Shown here piece by piece: positions 19,718 through 28,836 of a stretch of 64,000 nt of DNA. Under the pieces are notes generated by a model. The model searched no databases. It was not told the DNA's origin and saw nothing but the letters and a program-made list of their open reading frames with translations. Origin of the DNA: a virus; the IMG/VR virus record IMGVR_UViG_3300011443_000014, positions 2,563 to 66,562 of that record; one strand, given 5' to 3'. Numbering within the stretch: position 1 is the first letter of the stretch; each line of letters starts with the position of its first letter. A program made the translations under genes and the position numbers.

Positions 19718-20173
19718 TCAGTTCCCGATCACCGCGTGCCACTTGTCGTTGACGCGTTTGAAGATCCGCTGAGGGAGGCCGCCCGCGAACGCGAACAGGG
19801 GTTGTTCGACGAACTTGTAGGCGCCGACCTTCGCCCACTTCTTATAGCGCTGGCCTGACGGGCTCACGCCCTGCGTCTTTCCGGCGCGGGGGTTTTCGTG
19901 CGTCACCCACGCGTACGGCGCCGCCGCGCCGCCGAAGCCGAACACGCACCGCACGATCCCGCCAGCCGTCAACACCGCGTCTTTCACGTACCCGGACCCG
20001 GCCAGAATCGAGTCGCGCTTCGGGACGTGCTTCTCCTTGATCTCGGCCATCAGCACTTCGGTTTCCTCGCGCACCGCGGTCGCCAGGATCAAGGGGGTCG
20101 CCTGGGCCAGCGCTTGGAGCTTCGCCCGGAGTTTGTCGCTGCCCTCGAATGTGACGATGAACGTCTGCGACAT
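19718..20173 (-). CDS. HK97 gp10-like neck/tail-completion protein
   Basis: Start reassigned to MSQTFIV (TGATG coupling); VPKRDSILAGSG, YAWVTHE, KFVEQPL. Confidence 0.8.
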   Translation of the reverse strand: MSQTFIVTFEGSDKLRAKLQALAQATPLILATAVREETEVLMAEIKEKHVPKRDSILAGSGYVKDAVLTAGGIVRCVFGFGGAAAPYAWVTHENPRAGKTQGVSPSGQRYKKWAKVGAYKFVEQPLFAFAGGLPQRIFKRVNDKWHAVIGN

Positions 20174-20538
20174 CAGAGGTAGACCTGGACCAGAAACGGG
20201 GTCCCTTGCCGGGATAGCACGCCGCGGTCGACTCGGAGGATCGGCCCCGTGCGGCCGTCCGGGGTCAGGAGCCGGTCTTCGTTGCGGATCGTCACGTTCT
20301 GCAGGAACAGGATCCGGGTCGTCGCCCGGACGTCGGTCCCGTTGACGTCCTTCACCAGCACGTCCACGTCTTCCACCAGCGCCGGGCGAAGGGTCGGGGA
20401 ACCAAGGGTCGGGTTGCCGTTCCCGTCTCGCGTGGAGCCATCCCACGAGGCGTGGGACACCTTCGGGAGCAGGTTCCCGTCGGACAGGATGCCGTAGACG
20501 GTCGAGACACCGCCGCGAATGAGGTCGTCGAGGGCCAT
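20173..20538 (-). CDS. Head closure/head-tail joining protein
   Basis: 121 aa beta-rich; position in the neck operon. Confidence 0.7.
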   Translation of the reverse strand: MALDDLIRGGVSTVYGILSDGNLLPKVSHASWDGSTRDGNGNPTLGSPTLRPALVEDVDVLVKDVNGTDVRATTRILFLQNVTIRNEDRLLTPDGRTGPILRVDRGVLSRQGTPFLVQVYL

Positions 20539-20541
20539 GGC

Positions 20542-21072
20542 CTATCCGATGGACCGTCGGAGGCGGGTCGCGCCACCGACGCCGGCCTGGGCCATCTCGC
20601 CCCACGTCGACACGAACTGCCACGCACTCGGCGCGATCGCTTGAAGCACGCCGCCGGCGGTCGTCGGGTCGGCAAACTCGAGCTCGACACTGCCGGCCAC
20701 CAGTTTCCGAATCCCGTCCTGGCCCTGGCTGGTCTCGAGCGACCGGTCGCGGCCGAGGATCAGGCGGGCCTGTTCCGCCGTCGCCCACTTCAGCCGGTCC
20801 GGGTAGATGCTGTTCGACACGACGGCCAGCGTTCCAGGGTCGACGAGGCCGATCCTGGGCCACGGCAGCACCTGGGTTCCAGGCACCGTCGCATAGCCGT
20901 ACCAGGTCACGTAGGCCGACAGTTGTCGGGTCGCCTGAATCAGGGCGCGTTCTTTCTCGTCGGTCGAGTAGTTCGACCACGTCTCGGCCGCGACGTGGGT
21001 GACGTGGTACGCGTCCGCGTCCACCACGGAGCAGAACGAATCGCCCGTCGGGGAACCGGGGGTCGCGTCCAT
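20542..21072 (-). CDS. Head-tail connector (DnaT-like/gp15-type adaptor)
   Basis: DSFCSVVDADAYH, KERALIQAT, QVLPWPR, LKWATAEQA motifs. Confidence 0.8.
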   Translation of the reverse strand: MDATPGSPTGDSFCSVVDADAYHVTHVAAETWSNYSTDEKERALIQATRQLSAYVTWYGYATVPGTQVLPWPRIGLVDPGTLAVVSNSIYPDRLKWATAEQARLILGRDRSLETSQGQDGIRKLVAGSVELEFADPTTAGGVLQAIAPSAWQFVSTWGEMAQAGVGGATRLRRSIG

Positions 21073-21075
21073 GTC

Positions 21076-21408
21076 CTACTTCTTTCGGCCGCCGATGGTC
21101 GGCACGTACGGGTCGAGGTTGTTCTTCGAAGCCTTCTTCTTCGAGGGCTTCGAGGGACCGTCCGCGGCGGGGGAAGGTGATCCCGCCGAAGCCGGTGGCT
21201 GGACCGCGACAACCTCGCCGACCGGGGCAGCCGGCGTTCCCAGCGATTGAGCATCGGCCCGTGGTGCCTTGGGCGCCTCGAGGGGAACCTCGTAGCGCGT
21301 GTGCAGAGTCGGGTCGAACTCTTTCGTCGAGAGTACGCGGTAATCGCCGGGTTTCTTCGGGTCGTGGATCGCCACGAACCCGGGCGGGAGGTTGAGGTCC
21401 GTTCGCAT
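21076..21408 (-). CDS. Small protein following the major capsid gene
   Basis: 110 aa, Pro/Ala/Lys-rich C-terminus; AGGGG RBS. Confidence 0.7.
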   Translation of the reverse strand: MRTDLNLPPGFVAIHDPKKPGDYRVLSTKEFDPTLHTRYEVPLEAPKAPRADAQSLGTPAAPVGEVVAVQPPASAGSPSPAADGPSKPSKKKASKNNLDPYVPTIGGRKK

Positions 21409-21427
21409 GATGTCCCCTTGAACAGGT

Positions 21428-21462
21428 TCGGCCGGGCCCTACTCTGGATAGGGCCCGGCCGA
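21428..21462 (-). other. Perfect 14-bp hairpin downstream of the capsid gene
   Basis: tcggccgggcccta-7nt-tagggcccggccga; no clear U-tract on the minus strand. Confidence 0.6.
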
Positions 21463-21514
21463 GATCCCTCGTGCTGGTCGAGCGTTGGAGCGGTCGTCCA
21501 GCGCCGAGAGAGTG

Positions 21515-22666
21515 TTACGCCGCGCGCATGCGGACGCCGAGGTTCCCGTCGAGGATCTTCACGCCGTAGAGCACGTCGAGGGCCACGTAGACCTTCGACG
21601 TGTCACCGTCGTAGAACATCCGGGACCGGATGGCCAAGCCCGTGATGGGGTCGACGACCGACTCCACCTTCGCGCCCAGCTGGTTCGCAATCGACGGCAG
21701 CGGCGCCATCGCCAGCGCGGCCCAGTTCCGGTGGACCGCGATGTTCTGCGTCTTCGTCGCACCCGAGCCGCCCGACAGGACGACCGTCACGACCTGGTTG
21801 TCGACGAGCGCCGCCTTCAGCGGGGGGTAGATCGTCGCGCCCGTCACGACGCCCGTGCCGTCCGCCAGCGGGGCGTTCGTCAGGACATACTGCTGGGTCG
21901 CGCCCGTGAAGACGAGGATGTCGCCCGCCGCGAACTGCGCGGCCGCCGACACGCCGTCGAAGTTGATCGTCGACACGCCCGCGGCGAACGCGCCGTCAAC
22001 CGCACCCGCGAGGTCCGCCACCGTGGCGGAGGTCATCGACAGGCTGTTCTGGTTGGCGAACCACTCGACCCCGAACTTCGTGCCGAGCGTCCCGCGCATC
22101 TGCGTGTTGACGCCCGCATCGCCGGCGCCCTGCCACTGGCTGAACGCCGTCAGCGCCAGGAGCTTTTCCTCGAGGTAGCCGTCGATCATCCCGTGCAGGT
22201 CGTTCATCGGGACCTGGTTCGTGAACAGGACGCGCCGAGCCGCCGTCAGGTCCGCCACGGCCGCCGACGCCAGCGTGACGTCGGTGTACCACGGGATGAA
22301 CTTGATCAGCTGAATCAGCGCCTGATCGATGTTGTCCGCGAGCGCCACGGCCGCCGGGCGGATGTGGTCGTTGATGATCCGCTCGCCCGTGTACGCCAGT
22401 TCCTTGTCGGTCAGGGCGAACTTCACTTCCTTCCACTGATCGAGCTGGATGGTGACGGACTCGGGGTTGAGATCCTGCGCGGTCGACGGCGCGCTCTGCG
22501 CCGTGAAGGTGCCGGGCTTCGAGATCTGGATGCTCGAACCGGGCTGCTGTGGCGACTTGTCGTAGCCGCGATGGCACCGGGCCGCGAGGCCGAGCGCCTT
22601 TTCCAGCTGGATCAGCGCTTCGTTCGCATACCAGATGGGGTCATACGGGTTGATCACGTTGGACAT
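21515..22666 (-). CDS. Major capsid protein (P22 coat/gene 5 family)
   Basis: 383 aa; WYANEALIQLEKAL, VTIQLDQWKEVKFALTDKEL, HIRPAAVALADNID, LDVLYGVK. Confidence 0.92.
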   Translation of the reverse strand: MSNVINPYDPIWYANEALIQLEKALGLAARCHRGYDKSPQQPGSSIQISKPGTFTAQSAPSTAQDLNPESVTIQLDQWKEVKFALTDKELAYTGERIINDHIRPAAVALADNIDQALIQLIKFIPWYTDVTLASAAVADLTAARRVLFTNQVPMNDLHGMIDGYLEEKLLALTAFSQWQGAGDAGVNTQMRGTLGTKFGVEWFANQNSLSMTSATVADLAGAVDGAFAAGVSTINFDGVSAAAQFAAGDILVFTGATQQYVLTNAPLADGTGVVTGATIYPPLKAALVDNQVVTVVLSGGSGATKTQNIAVHRNWAALAMAPLPSIANQLGAKVESVVDPITGLAIRSRMFYDGDTSKVYVALDVLYGVKILDGNLGVRMRAA

Positions 22667-22804
22667 GATGGTCCTCGTCTCCTACACGTCAGAGGGTTGA
22701 AAAACCTCCCGACGCCATCGGCAACGATGGAACCATCCCGGTCCCTGTGACCCGCGTCCCACGGGTCGTCGTGCGTTCCTGGCGGGGCGCTTCGTTTGTC
22801 GACT
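22667..22804 (-). promoter_or_regulatory. Structured 5' leader of the capsid gene
   Basis: Three hairpins in 138 nt: gaggg/aacctc, ccatcg-gcaa-cgatgg, gacccg/cgggtc. Confidence 0.45.
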
Positions 22805-23602
22805 TCAGTCCACGATTTGCAACTGAAGGCCGGCCTTTTCGGCCTGGGCTTTGCTGTCCTTGTAGACCGACGCGTCTCGGGCTTGCTCCCGCGTGATCTT
22901 CAGCGTGTTCCCGACCTGCTGTGCGCCGTTCGCGGGGGTGTTCGTCCCACGGTTCGGTTCGAACAGGTGCGGGGCTTCACTCGTCAACGACGCGATCCAC
23001 TCTTCGACCTCGATGGGCTTCCCACCCGTCTTGCCGTAGTAGATCGTGCCGTCCTTGTACGGGACGAGTTTCCCGTCCTCGACCTTCCAGACGTCCTTCG
23101 CCCGGCGGGTCAAGTCGTTGATGGCGGTCGAGCGGATACCGGTCTTCGGGGCCGTCTGCGCGATCGCCGCGTTGATCAGGGTGTCGCCCAGCTGCGATTG
23201 CAGCGACGTCGCCTGGTCGGTGAACTTTTTGATGTCGGCTTGGAGGGCGGCAATCTGGGATTCGTGGTCGCGGCGCATCTTCTCGGTGCGCTTCGCGATC
23301 GCCTCCTCGAACTTGCCTTCCTTGATCAGTTTCGTCTCGGCGTTGGCTTCGCCGTCGGCCAGCCACTTCCGGTAGGCCTCGACGTCGACGCCCGTGTACT
23401 TCGCGGCCTCGTCGCGGGCGGCTTTCTCAGCGGCCGCGCGTGCCTGGCGTTCGGTGGAGAGCGCCGTCTTCAGCCCGCTCACGTCCTCGACGCCTTCGGC
23501 ATCGAGCAGGTAGGACCCGTCGGCTTGCTTCGTGTAGAGGGCTTTCAGCGCGTCCGCGAGGGCGCCGTGTTCGTCCGCTGTGACTTTGACTTTGAGGGCC
23601 AT
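22805..23602 (-). CDS. Capsid scaffold protein
   Basis: Start MALKVKV (GGAGA RBS); LYTKQADGSYLLD, VSGLKTALSTER, EAPHLFEP motifs; coiled coil; precedes the capsid gene. Confidence 0.85.
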   Translation of the reverse strand: MALKVKVTADEHGALADALKALYTKQADGSYLLDAEGVEDVSGLKTALSTERQARAAAEKAARDEAAKYTGVDVEAYRKWLADGEANAETKLIKEGKFEEAIAKRTEKMRRDHESQIAALQADIKKFTDQATSLQSQLGDTLINAAIAQTAPKTGIRSTAINDLTRRAKDVWKVEDGKLVPYKDGTIYYGKTGGKPIEVEEWIASLTSEAPHLFEPNRGTNTPANGAQQVGNTLKITREQARDASVYKDSKAQAEKAGLQLQIVD

Positions 23603-23645
23603 TCGTTCTCCGTGGCCATCCATCCCGGATGACCTGACGGAGGAT

Positions 23646-23674
23646 GTTGTAACGCAGTTCCCGGCGTTTGTCTA
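23646..23674 (-). promoter_or_regulatory. Putative sigma70-type promoter for scaffold/capsid
   Basis: TAGACA-17 bp-TACAAC on the minus strand. Confidence 0.5.
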
Positions 23675-24043
23675 GTCGGCGCCCCACAATTCGATGGACA
23701 GGTCGGTGTGAAACCGGCCCGGACTGAGGTCGAAGATCGCCGCGTCCCGCGCGCGTAGCGGGCGCAGCAGCAGTCGTTCGCCGCGGTCGGTCACGCCGCG
23801 AATCGTGTCGGCCACCACCGCCAGCGTCGTCACCGGCAACTCGAACCACCGCGAGTCGGTCCGGTACCGCAGAGTGCTCACGTCGGTCTCGAGGTCCGTC
23901 TCCAGACGCAGTTCGGCGGCGTAGGCGGTCAGGTCGCCACGCTGGACGGCGAACGGTCCGTAGGCCAGCGGGGGGTCATCCTGGCCGCGGTCCTTACCAC
24001 GCATGCCGGGCGGGATGTCGATAGGGTCGAGACGCACGCTCAT
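23672..24043 (-). CDS. Hypothetical protein, candidate immunity partner of the MuF fusion
   Basis: 123 aa; ATGA overlap with the MuF stop. Confidence 0.7.
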   Translation of the reverse strand: MSVRLDPIDIPPGMRGKDRGQDDPPLAYGPFAVQRGDLTAYAAELRLETDLETDVSTLRYRTDSRWFELPVTTLAVVADTIRGVTDRGERLLLRPLRARDAAIFDLSPGRFHTDLSIELWGAD

Positions 24044-27000
24044 TTGAAGATGTCCTCGAGACGTCGGCGCCCGAGATGCGTGATCCCCTTCGCGCGCGCC
24101 TTGGCGATGACCGAATTCCTGACCGCCGTGTCGCCGATCCGAATCGAGTCGATGTCGTCCCAGTCGATGCGGTGCTTGAACATCGTCTCCTGGCTGCCGC
24201 TCGTGTACTGCACGTTCTGCAGGTTGTTCCGGGAATGCACGCCGGATCGGGAATTCGGGTTCTGCGCGCCGTACGTGTCGCTGGCGTAGGCGAACCAGTC
24301 CAGCCGACGGAGCAGGTCGCCGCTCAGGGTCACGTTCGCGCGGCCGGTCTTCGCGCCCGTGTGCTGCCGGGTGAAGATGTAATCCGCCCCACCGGTCTGG
24401 ATGTCCGAGCTCGAGGACATGCCCGATACGCCGATCCCTTCGGAGTACCGGGTCGTCGTGGCCGACAACCCGCCGTTCTCGATCATCGACATGATCGTCG
24501 ACTCGCTCGAGCTCGAAAGCGAGTGACTGAAGTGGGTGATCTTCGTGTGCGCCTTCAGTTTCGCGGTCGCCGCGTCGGTGAACTGCAGACGCGGGCGCCC
24601 GAAGTCGTCCTTCGTCAACACGATGTCCGCCGGCGTGATGCCGACCTTCGTTTTGATTTCCGTCAGGACCTTCGCACGCTCGCTCGCGTTGAGGTCTTTC
24701 ACGCCCGTCTGGAACAGACGCACAAACGCGTTCTCGCCGTACTCCGCGATCTGCGCGTCGGTCGGGTAGGACACGGACCGGACGCCGAGTTTGTCCAGGG
24801 CGGCCTTCAGGTGCTTCGGGTCCGGGGTGCCGGCGCCGTTCTTCACGAAGATCTGGACCGTTCCGTCGTACGCCCAGCCCGAGTCGTCGGGTCGGTGGAA
24901 CAGGATCTCGGTATCCGCGTCGACCTGGACCTTGTAAGTCTTCCCGCTGATCCCGGAGTGCGCATTCGTGCCGGTCAGGTGTGGACGCTGTCCGTAGCCT
25001 TGCACGGATTGCTTCGGCATGTGGAACGGCTGCACCGCCCCCGGTTCGGCCGCCAGTTTCGTCGTCGCCCGAGTTTTCGCATCGCCCGTGAGCTTGAACT
25101 TGAATTCCGTGACGGGCTTTCCGCCGGCGCGCCCGCGATGGTCCGCGACCTGGCGCACGCGAATCTCGAAACCTTCGATGTCACCACCGTCGAAGGTCAC
25201 ACCAGACCCGGCGCTGGCGTTCTCGGCCTTCAGGCTGAGGGCGATCGCGTCGTCGTAGGAATTCTGGCTGTTCAGTTGGGCGCCGAAGACGTCCGAGCTC
25301 GAGCGTCGTCCGAGCACCGGGACCACGCGCGGCGGCGGCGGCGGGGCGTTGATGACGTTCAGGATCTCCGTGCGCTTGGCCGCCAGTTTCTTCGTCCTGG
25401 CGTCGAGCATCTTCACGATCCGGGCCTTCGTCGTCGGGTCCGCCTGAGGGAGCACGTCGTCGACGTACGCCTTCCAGCCGCCCTTCGACTTTTGCAGGGC
25501 CAGGACGTGGTCGATCTGCTTCACCGCCTTGGCGCCGAGGTCGTCCGCGCTCGAGATGCCAGCGCCGTCGAAGACCTGTTTGTAATACACGTTTTTGTTG
25601 ATGAACGAATCCCACTCCGTGATCTCGTCGAGGACGTTGTCGGGTTTCAGGCCGGCCTTCGCACGGAACAGGAACGACCCACCCTGGTCGATGCGCCGGA
25701 TCTGGCCGTTGCCGAGCACGACGACGTTGTCCAGACCCGTGCCCACGGCGTCCCAGTTGGCCGTCAGGACGTCGCCGACGAACCCGTCGAGGATCTGGTC
25801 GGCACGGTCCTTCGTCATCCCGAGGTTGCCGACGGTGCCTTTCACGTCGTCGAGGTACTTCGAGGCGAACACCTGACGCCCGTCCGCGAGGACGCCTGAC
25901 ACGGACTGCGGCGCGCCGATGCCGAGGTCGTTGTAGATGCGGTTCGCCAGCATCTCCCCTTGGGCTTGCTTGGCGTCGGGGTAGAACTTCACGTACCACT
26001 TCGAGCCGTCGGGCGCCTCGAACAGGCCACCCGGGTTCGACCCTCCCTGCGGGCCGACTTGCTTCTTCACCAGCGCCTCGAGGTCGACGGCCGGCGCGGG
26101 TCCGTGGAGTGATTGCGGCAGCACCGCTGGCGCGGACGGGATCACGGGAGGCCCGACAGGGGGAGGGACTACCGGCGCGGCATTCTTCGCGTCGATGACC
26201 GCGTTCAGTTTCGACGTGAACGTCGCGCCACCCTTTTTGTAGTCGTCGACGAGGGCCTTCTGTTCGACCGCCGTCAACTTCTTCAGTTTGTTGATCGTGA
26301 GCGTGTGCGGTCCGCTGGTTCCGAACAGGGCGTTGATCTCGTCGATCACCCCGTTAGCGCTGAGGGCAGGTCCTGGCAGGACTGACTTCGCCTGGCCGTT
26401 GATCATCGCGGCGATCGCGTCGTCGACATTCGTCGAGAACGTCGCGTTCATGTGGTTGATCGCCGTGGCCTGGTCGGCCGCCGTCAGGACGTTCAGTTTC
26501 TTCGCGGCATCGAGGCCGAGGCCGTTCTGTTGGACCCACTGCACGGACGACGGGGTCAGGTTCGACGTGCTCGAGGCCCCAGTCTTCGCGGCCTTCTTTT
26601 TCGCCGCGTGCTTCACCGCGGCCGCCTTTTTCGACGCCTTGTACGCCGCCAGTTCCGGGTCGAGGTCGACCACCTTGGCGACGATGGTCTTCGCCGACTT
26701 CGCCCACGCCTTCAGCACCTCCTGCGTCCCGTGTGAACTCTCGACCCAGTACTTCCCGTCGGCCTTGAAGATGGTCGGCAGGGCCTGAGAGAACTGCATC
26801 GTCGTCGGCGCGACCTCCTGGGCGAACGCCGACGTGACGTGGATGTCTTTCAGGTCCACGATGACGTTACTCGTGACCGGCGTCTTTTTGATCGCCGTGT
26901 CCCACGCCGTCTGCGCAATCCCGTTGTGGGTCGCCACCTTCGGGAACGGCACGTCGACGAGGTTCCCCACGCTGCCGAAGTTCACCGCGTTCGGGTCTTC

Positions 27001-28833
27001 GATGGCCTTCAGTTTCAGCGCGGGCTTCTGGAACTGGACGAAGTCGTCGATGTCGACGATCTCCACCTTCACCGGTTTCCCGAGGGCCTTGGCCGCCATC
27101 ATCAGGTCGGCCGACTTCTGGTCCGGAGCGACGTAATAGTTCGTGTAGCCGGGTACGGGCGACTGCTTGAACACCAGCACGGAGTCGGTCGTGTTCGTCA
27201 GGGCTTTCTGCGTGCCTTTCAACGATGCCGACTTCGCGCCCTTCGTGACGATCAGGTTGTCAGGGAATAGTTCGCTCGCTTGACGGTTCGGCATGGCGCC
27301 GATGATGTCGTCCGGGCTGATCAGCGCGTGCAGTTCGTCCTTGACCGCACTCCCCGGCAGGTCGTCGAACAGTTGGGTCGCTTCGTTGAACCCCAGTTCC
27401 TGTTTGAGATCGTGAACCTTCGGCCACCCCGCCTTCGTGAAGTCGTCGAGGTCGTAGAGCTTCATCGTCAGGTCGTCGGCGCCGTTCGCCCATTCGCCGT
27501 ACGCCTTCACGTTCCCGCGCCAGATGTAGGTCTTCCCTTCCCAGCGGACCGCCGTCACCGTCGGGGTCAATCCGTTCGGCATCGTGCCGGTCGCCAGATA
27601 CGACTCGATCTGCGCGGCCTTCGCGCCCGCCGCGGTCGTGTCGACGATCCCGGCGATGTCCTTCATCTTCACCGTCACCGTCGGCAGGTCGGAGATCTGG
27701 ACGGCGTCGTTCAGGTAGTCCAGGTGCGCCGGGTTCCACGTCGCCGCCGGATCGATGACCGTGAACGGCGAACCCGTCACCTTCCCCGCGTCGTCGACGC
27801 CGAGCGATCGGAGTTTCAGCAGATTCGACGGCACCGGCGGCGCCGGCCTGACGAACGGGGGCACACTCCGCGGCAGGTCCGGGATCGAGGGCCGAGGATA
27901 CGCCGGCGGCGGCACGAAGGGCTTCGCGCCCTTGAACGGCTTCGGGGCGCCTTTCCCTTCGGTCGGTTTGCCACGGACCAGCGCCATGACGCAGCGACAC
28001 TGCGGGTGTGCCGGCGGGGTGTCCTTCGGGCCGTACGTGGTTTTGAACGGTTCGGTCGGCTGGACCTGTTGCCCTTGCAGGGGCGCACAGTAGGGGCACA
28101 GACGGTCGTCCGGGGTCACGATCCAGCGCTTGACCATCCCGGCGCCGATCTCCCCCCGGTTCTTCGCTTCCGTCCACGCGTCCAGTTGGCCGGCGTGCAT
28201 CGCCGACAGGACCTCCGTCCTGGCGATGACCTCGCCGCGGGACCGGAGCAGTCGCTTCCGGTAGCGCTCGACGGCCTTGGCGGCGGCAGCCTGGGCCTTG
28301 GGCGTCGTCGCCTGGGTGAACCGCTCCTGGGCAAACTTGCCGAGCGCCGCCGCACGCCGGGGGTCGAGGCCGACCACCGCGCGCACCTGACGCGCCACGG
28401 TTTCCGCGGTCCCGCCGCCGGCGACGGCCTGAGCCACGATGTCCCGGACGGCGTTTCGTTGCGACTCCTGAATCTGGACGATCAGGTTCGATGAGCGGGT
28501 CGAGGCCCAGAGGACCGCCGAGGGGTTCACCAGCCGGAACTGACCGCCGAGGCCGAAGTGTGTCGGGACCGGGGCGTCGATCTGGCCGAGGGCCGCGCCC
28601 GCCGCCATGGCCTGGGACGTCGCCTGGAACAGGGCGCTTTCGAACGCCTGGGCGCCGGGGGCCCAGCCCTGGGCGACCGTCTGGGCGGCCTGGGTCCACT
28701 GCCCGGTCTTCAGACGGGACTCGACGAGCCGCCAGTTCACCGACGCCCCGGCCTTCTCAGCGGCCTCGAGGACGACGCGACGGTATCCGGGGATCTGGGC
28801 GTCGGCCGAGGCCAGCAACTCGCGCCAGCCCAT
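24040..28833 (-). CDS. MuF (gp7/gpF-type) minor head protein fused to ParB-like repeats, a kinase-like domain and an ART-like domain
   Basis: MuF: VIARTE, KRWIVTPDDRLCPYC, PPAHPQCRC; kinase: GPQGGSNPGG..WYVK..EMLANRIY..DVLTANWD..RIDQG; C-terminus: THFSH..IENGGL..DYIFTR..QETMFK. Confidence 0.88.
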   Translation of the reverse strand: MGWRELLASADAQIPGYRRVVLEAAEKAGASVNWRLVESRLKTGQWTQAAQTVAQGWAPGAQAFESALFQATSQAMAAGAALGQIDAPVPTHFGLGGQFRLVNPSAVLWASTRSSNLIVQIQESQRNAVRDIVAQAVAGGGTAETVARQVRAVVGLDPRRAAALGKFAQERFTQATTPKAQAAAAKAVERYRKRLLRSRGEVIARTEVLSAMHAGQLDAWTEAKNRGEIGAGMVKRWIVTPDDRLCPYCAPLQGQQVQPTEPFKTTYGPKDTPPAHPQCRCVMALVRGKPTEGKGAPKPFKGAKPFVPPPAYPRPSIPDLPRSVPPFVRPAPPVPSNLLKLRSLGVDDAGKVTGSPFTVIDPAATWNPAHLDYLNDAVQISDLPTVTVKMKDIAGIVDTTAAGAKAAQIESYLATGTMPNGLTPTVTAVRWEGKTYIWRGNVKAYGEWANGADDLTMKLYDLDDFTKAGWPKVHDLKQELGFNEATQLFDDLPGSAVKDELHALISPDDIIGAMPNRQASELFPDNLIVTKGAKSASLKGTQKALTNTTDSVLVFKQSPVPGYTNYYVAPDQKSADLMMAAKALGKPVKVEIVDIDDFVQFQKPALKLKAIEDPNAVNFGSVGNLVDVPFPKVATHNGIAQTAWDTAIKKTPVTSNVIVDLKDIHVTSAFAQEVAPTTMQFSQALPTIFKADGKYWVESSHGTQEVLKAWAKSAKTIVAKVVDLDPELAAYKASKKAAAVKHAAKKKAAKTGASSTSNLTPSSVQWVQQNGLGLDAAKKLNVLTAADQATAINHMNATFSTNVDDAIAAMINGQAKSVLPGPALSANGVIDEINALFGTSGPHTLTINKLKKLTAVEQKALVDDYKKGGATFTSKLNAVIDAKNAAPVVPPPVGPPVIPSAPAVLPQSLHGPAPAVDLEALVKKQVGPQGGSNPGGLFEAPDGSKWYVKFYPDAKQAQGEMLANRIYNDLGIGAPQSVSGVLADGRQVFASKYLDDVKGTVGNLGMTKDRADQILDGFVGDVLTANWDAVGTGLDNVVVLGNGQIRRIDQGGSFLFRAKAGLKPDNVLDEITEWDSFINKNVYYKQVFDGAGISSADDLGAKAVKQIDHVLALQKSKGGWKAYVDDVLPQADPTTKARIVKMLDARTKKLAAKRTEILNVINAPPPPPRVVPVLGRRSSSDVFGAQLNSQNSYDDAIALSLKAENASAGSGVTFDGGDIEGFEIRVRQVADHRGRAGGKPVTEFKFKLTGDAKTRATTKLAAEPGAVQPFHMPKQSVQGYGQRPHLTGTNAHSGISGKTYKVQVDADTEILFHRPDDSGWAYDGTVQIFVKNGAGTPDPKHLKAALDKLGVRSVSYPTDAQIAEYGENAFVRLFQTGVKDLNASERAKVLTEIKTKVGITPADIVLTKDDFGRPRLQFTDAATAKLKAHTKITHFSHSLSSSSESTIMSMIENGGLSATTTRYSEGIGVSGMSSSSDIQTGGADYIFTRQHTGAKTGRANVTLSGDLLRRLDWFAYASDTYGAQNPNSRSGVHSRNNLQNVQYTSGSQETMFKHRIDWDDIDSIRIGDTAVRNSVIAKARAKGITHLGRRRLEDIFK

Positions 28834-28836
28834 GTT

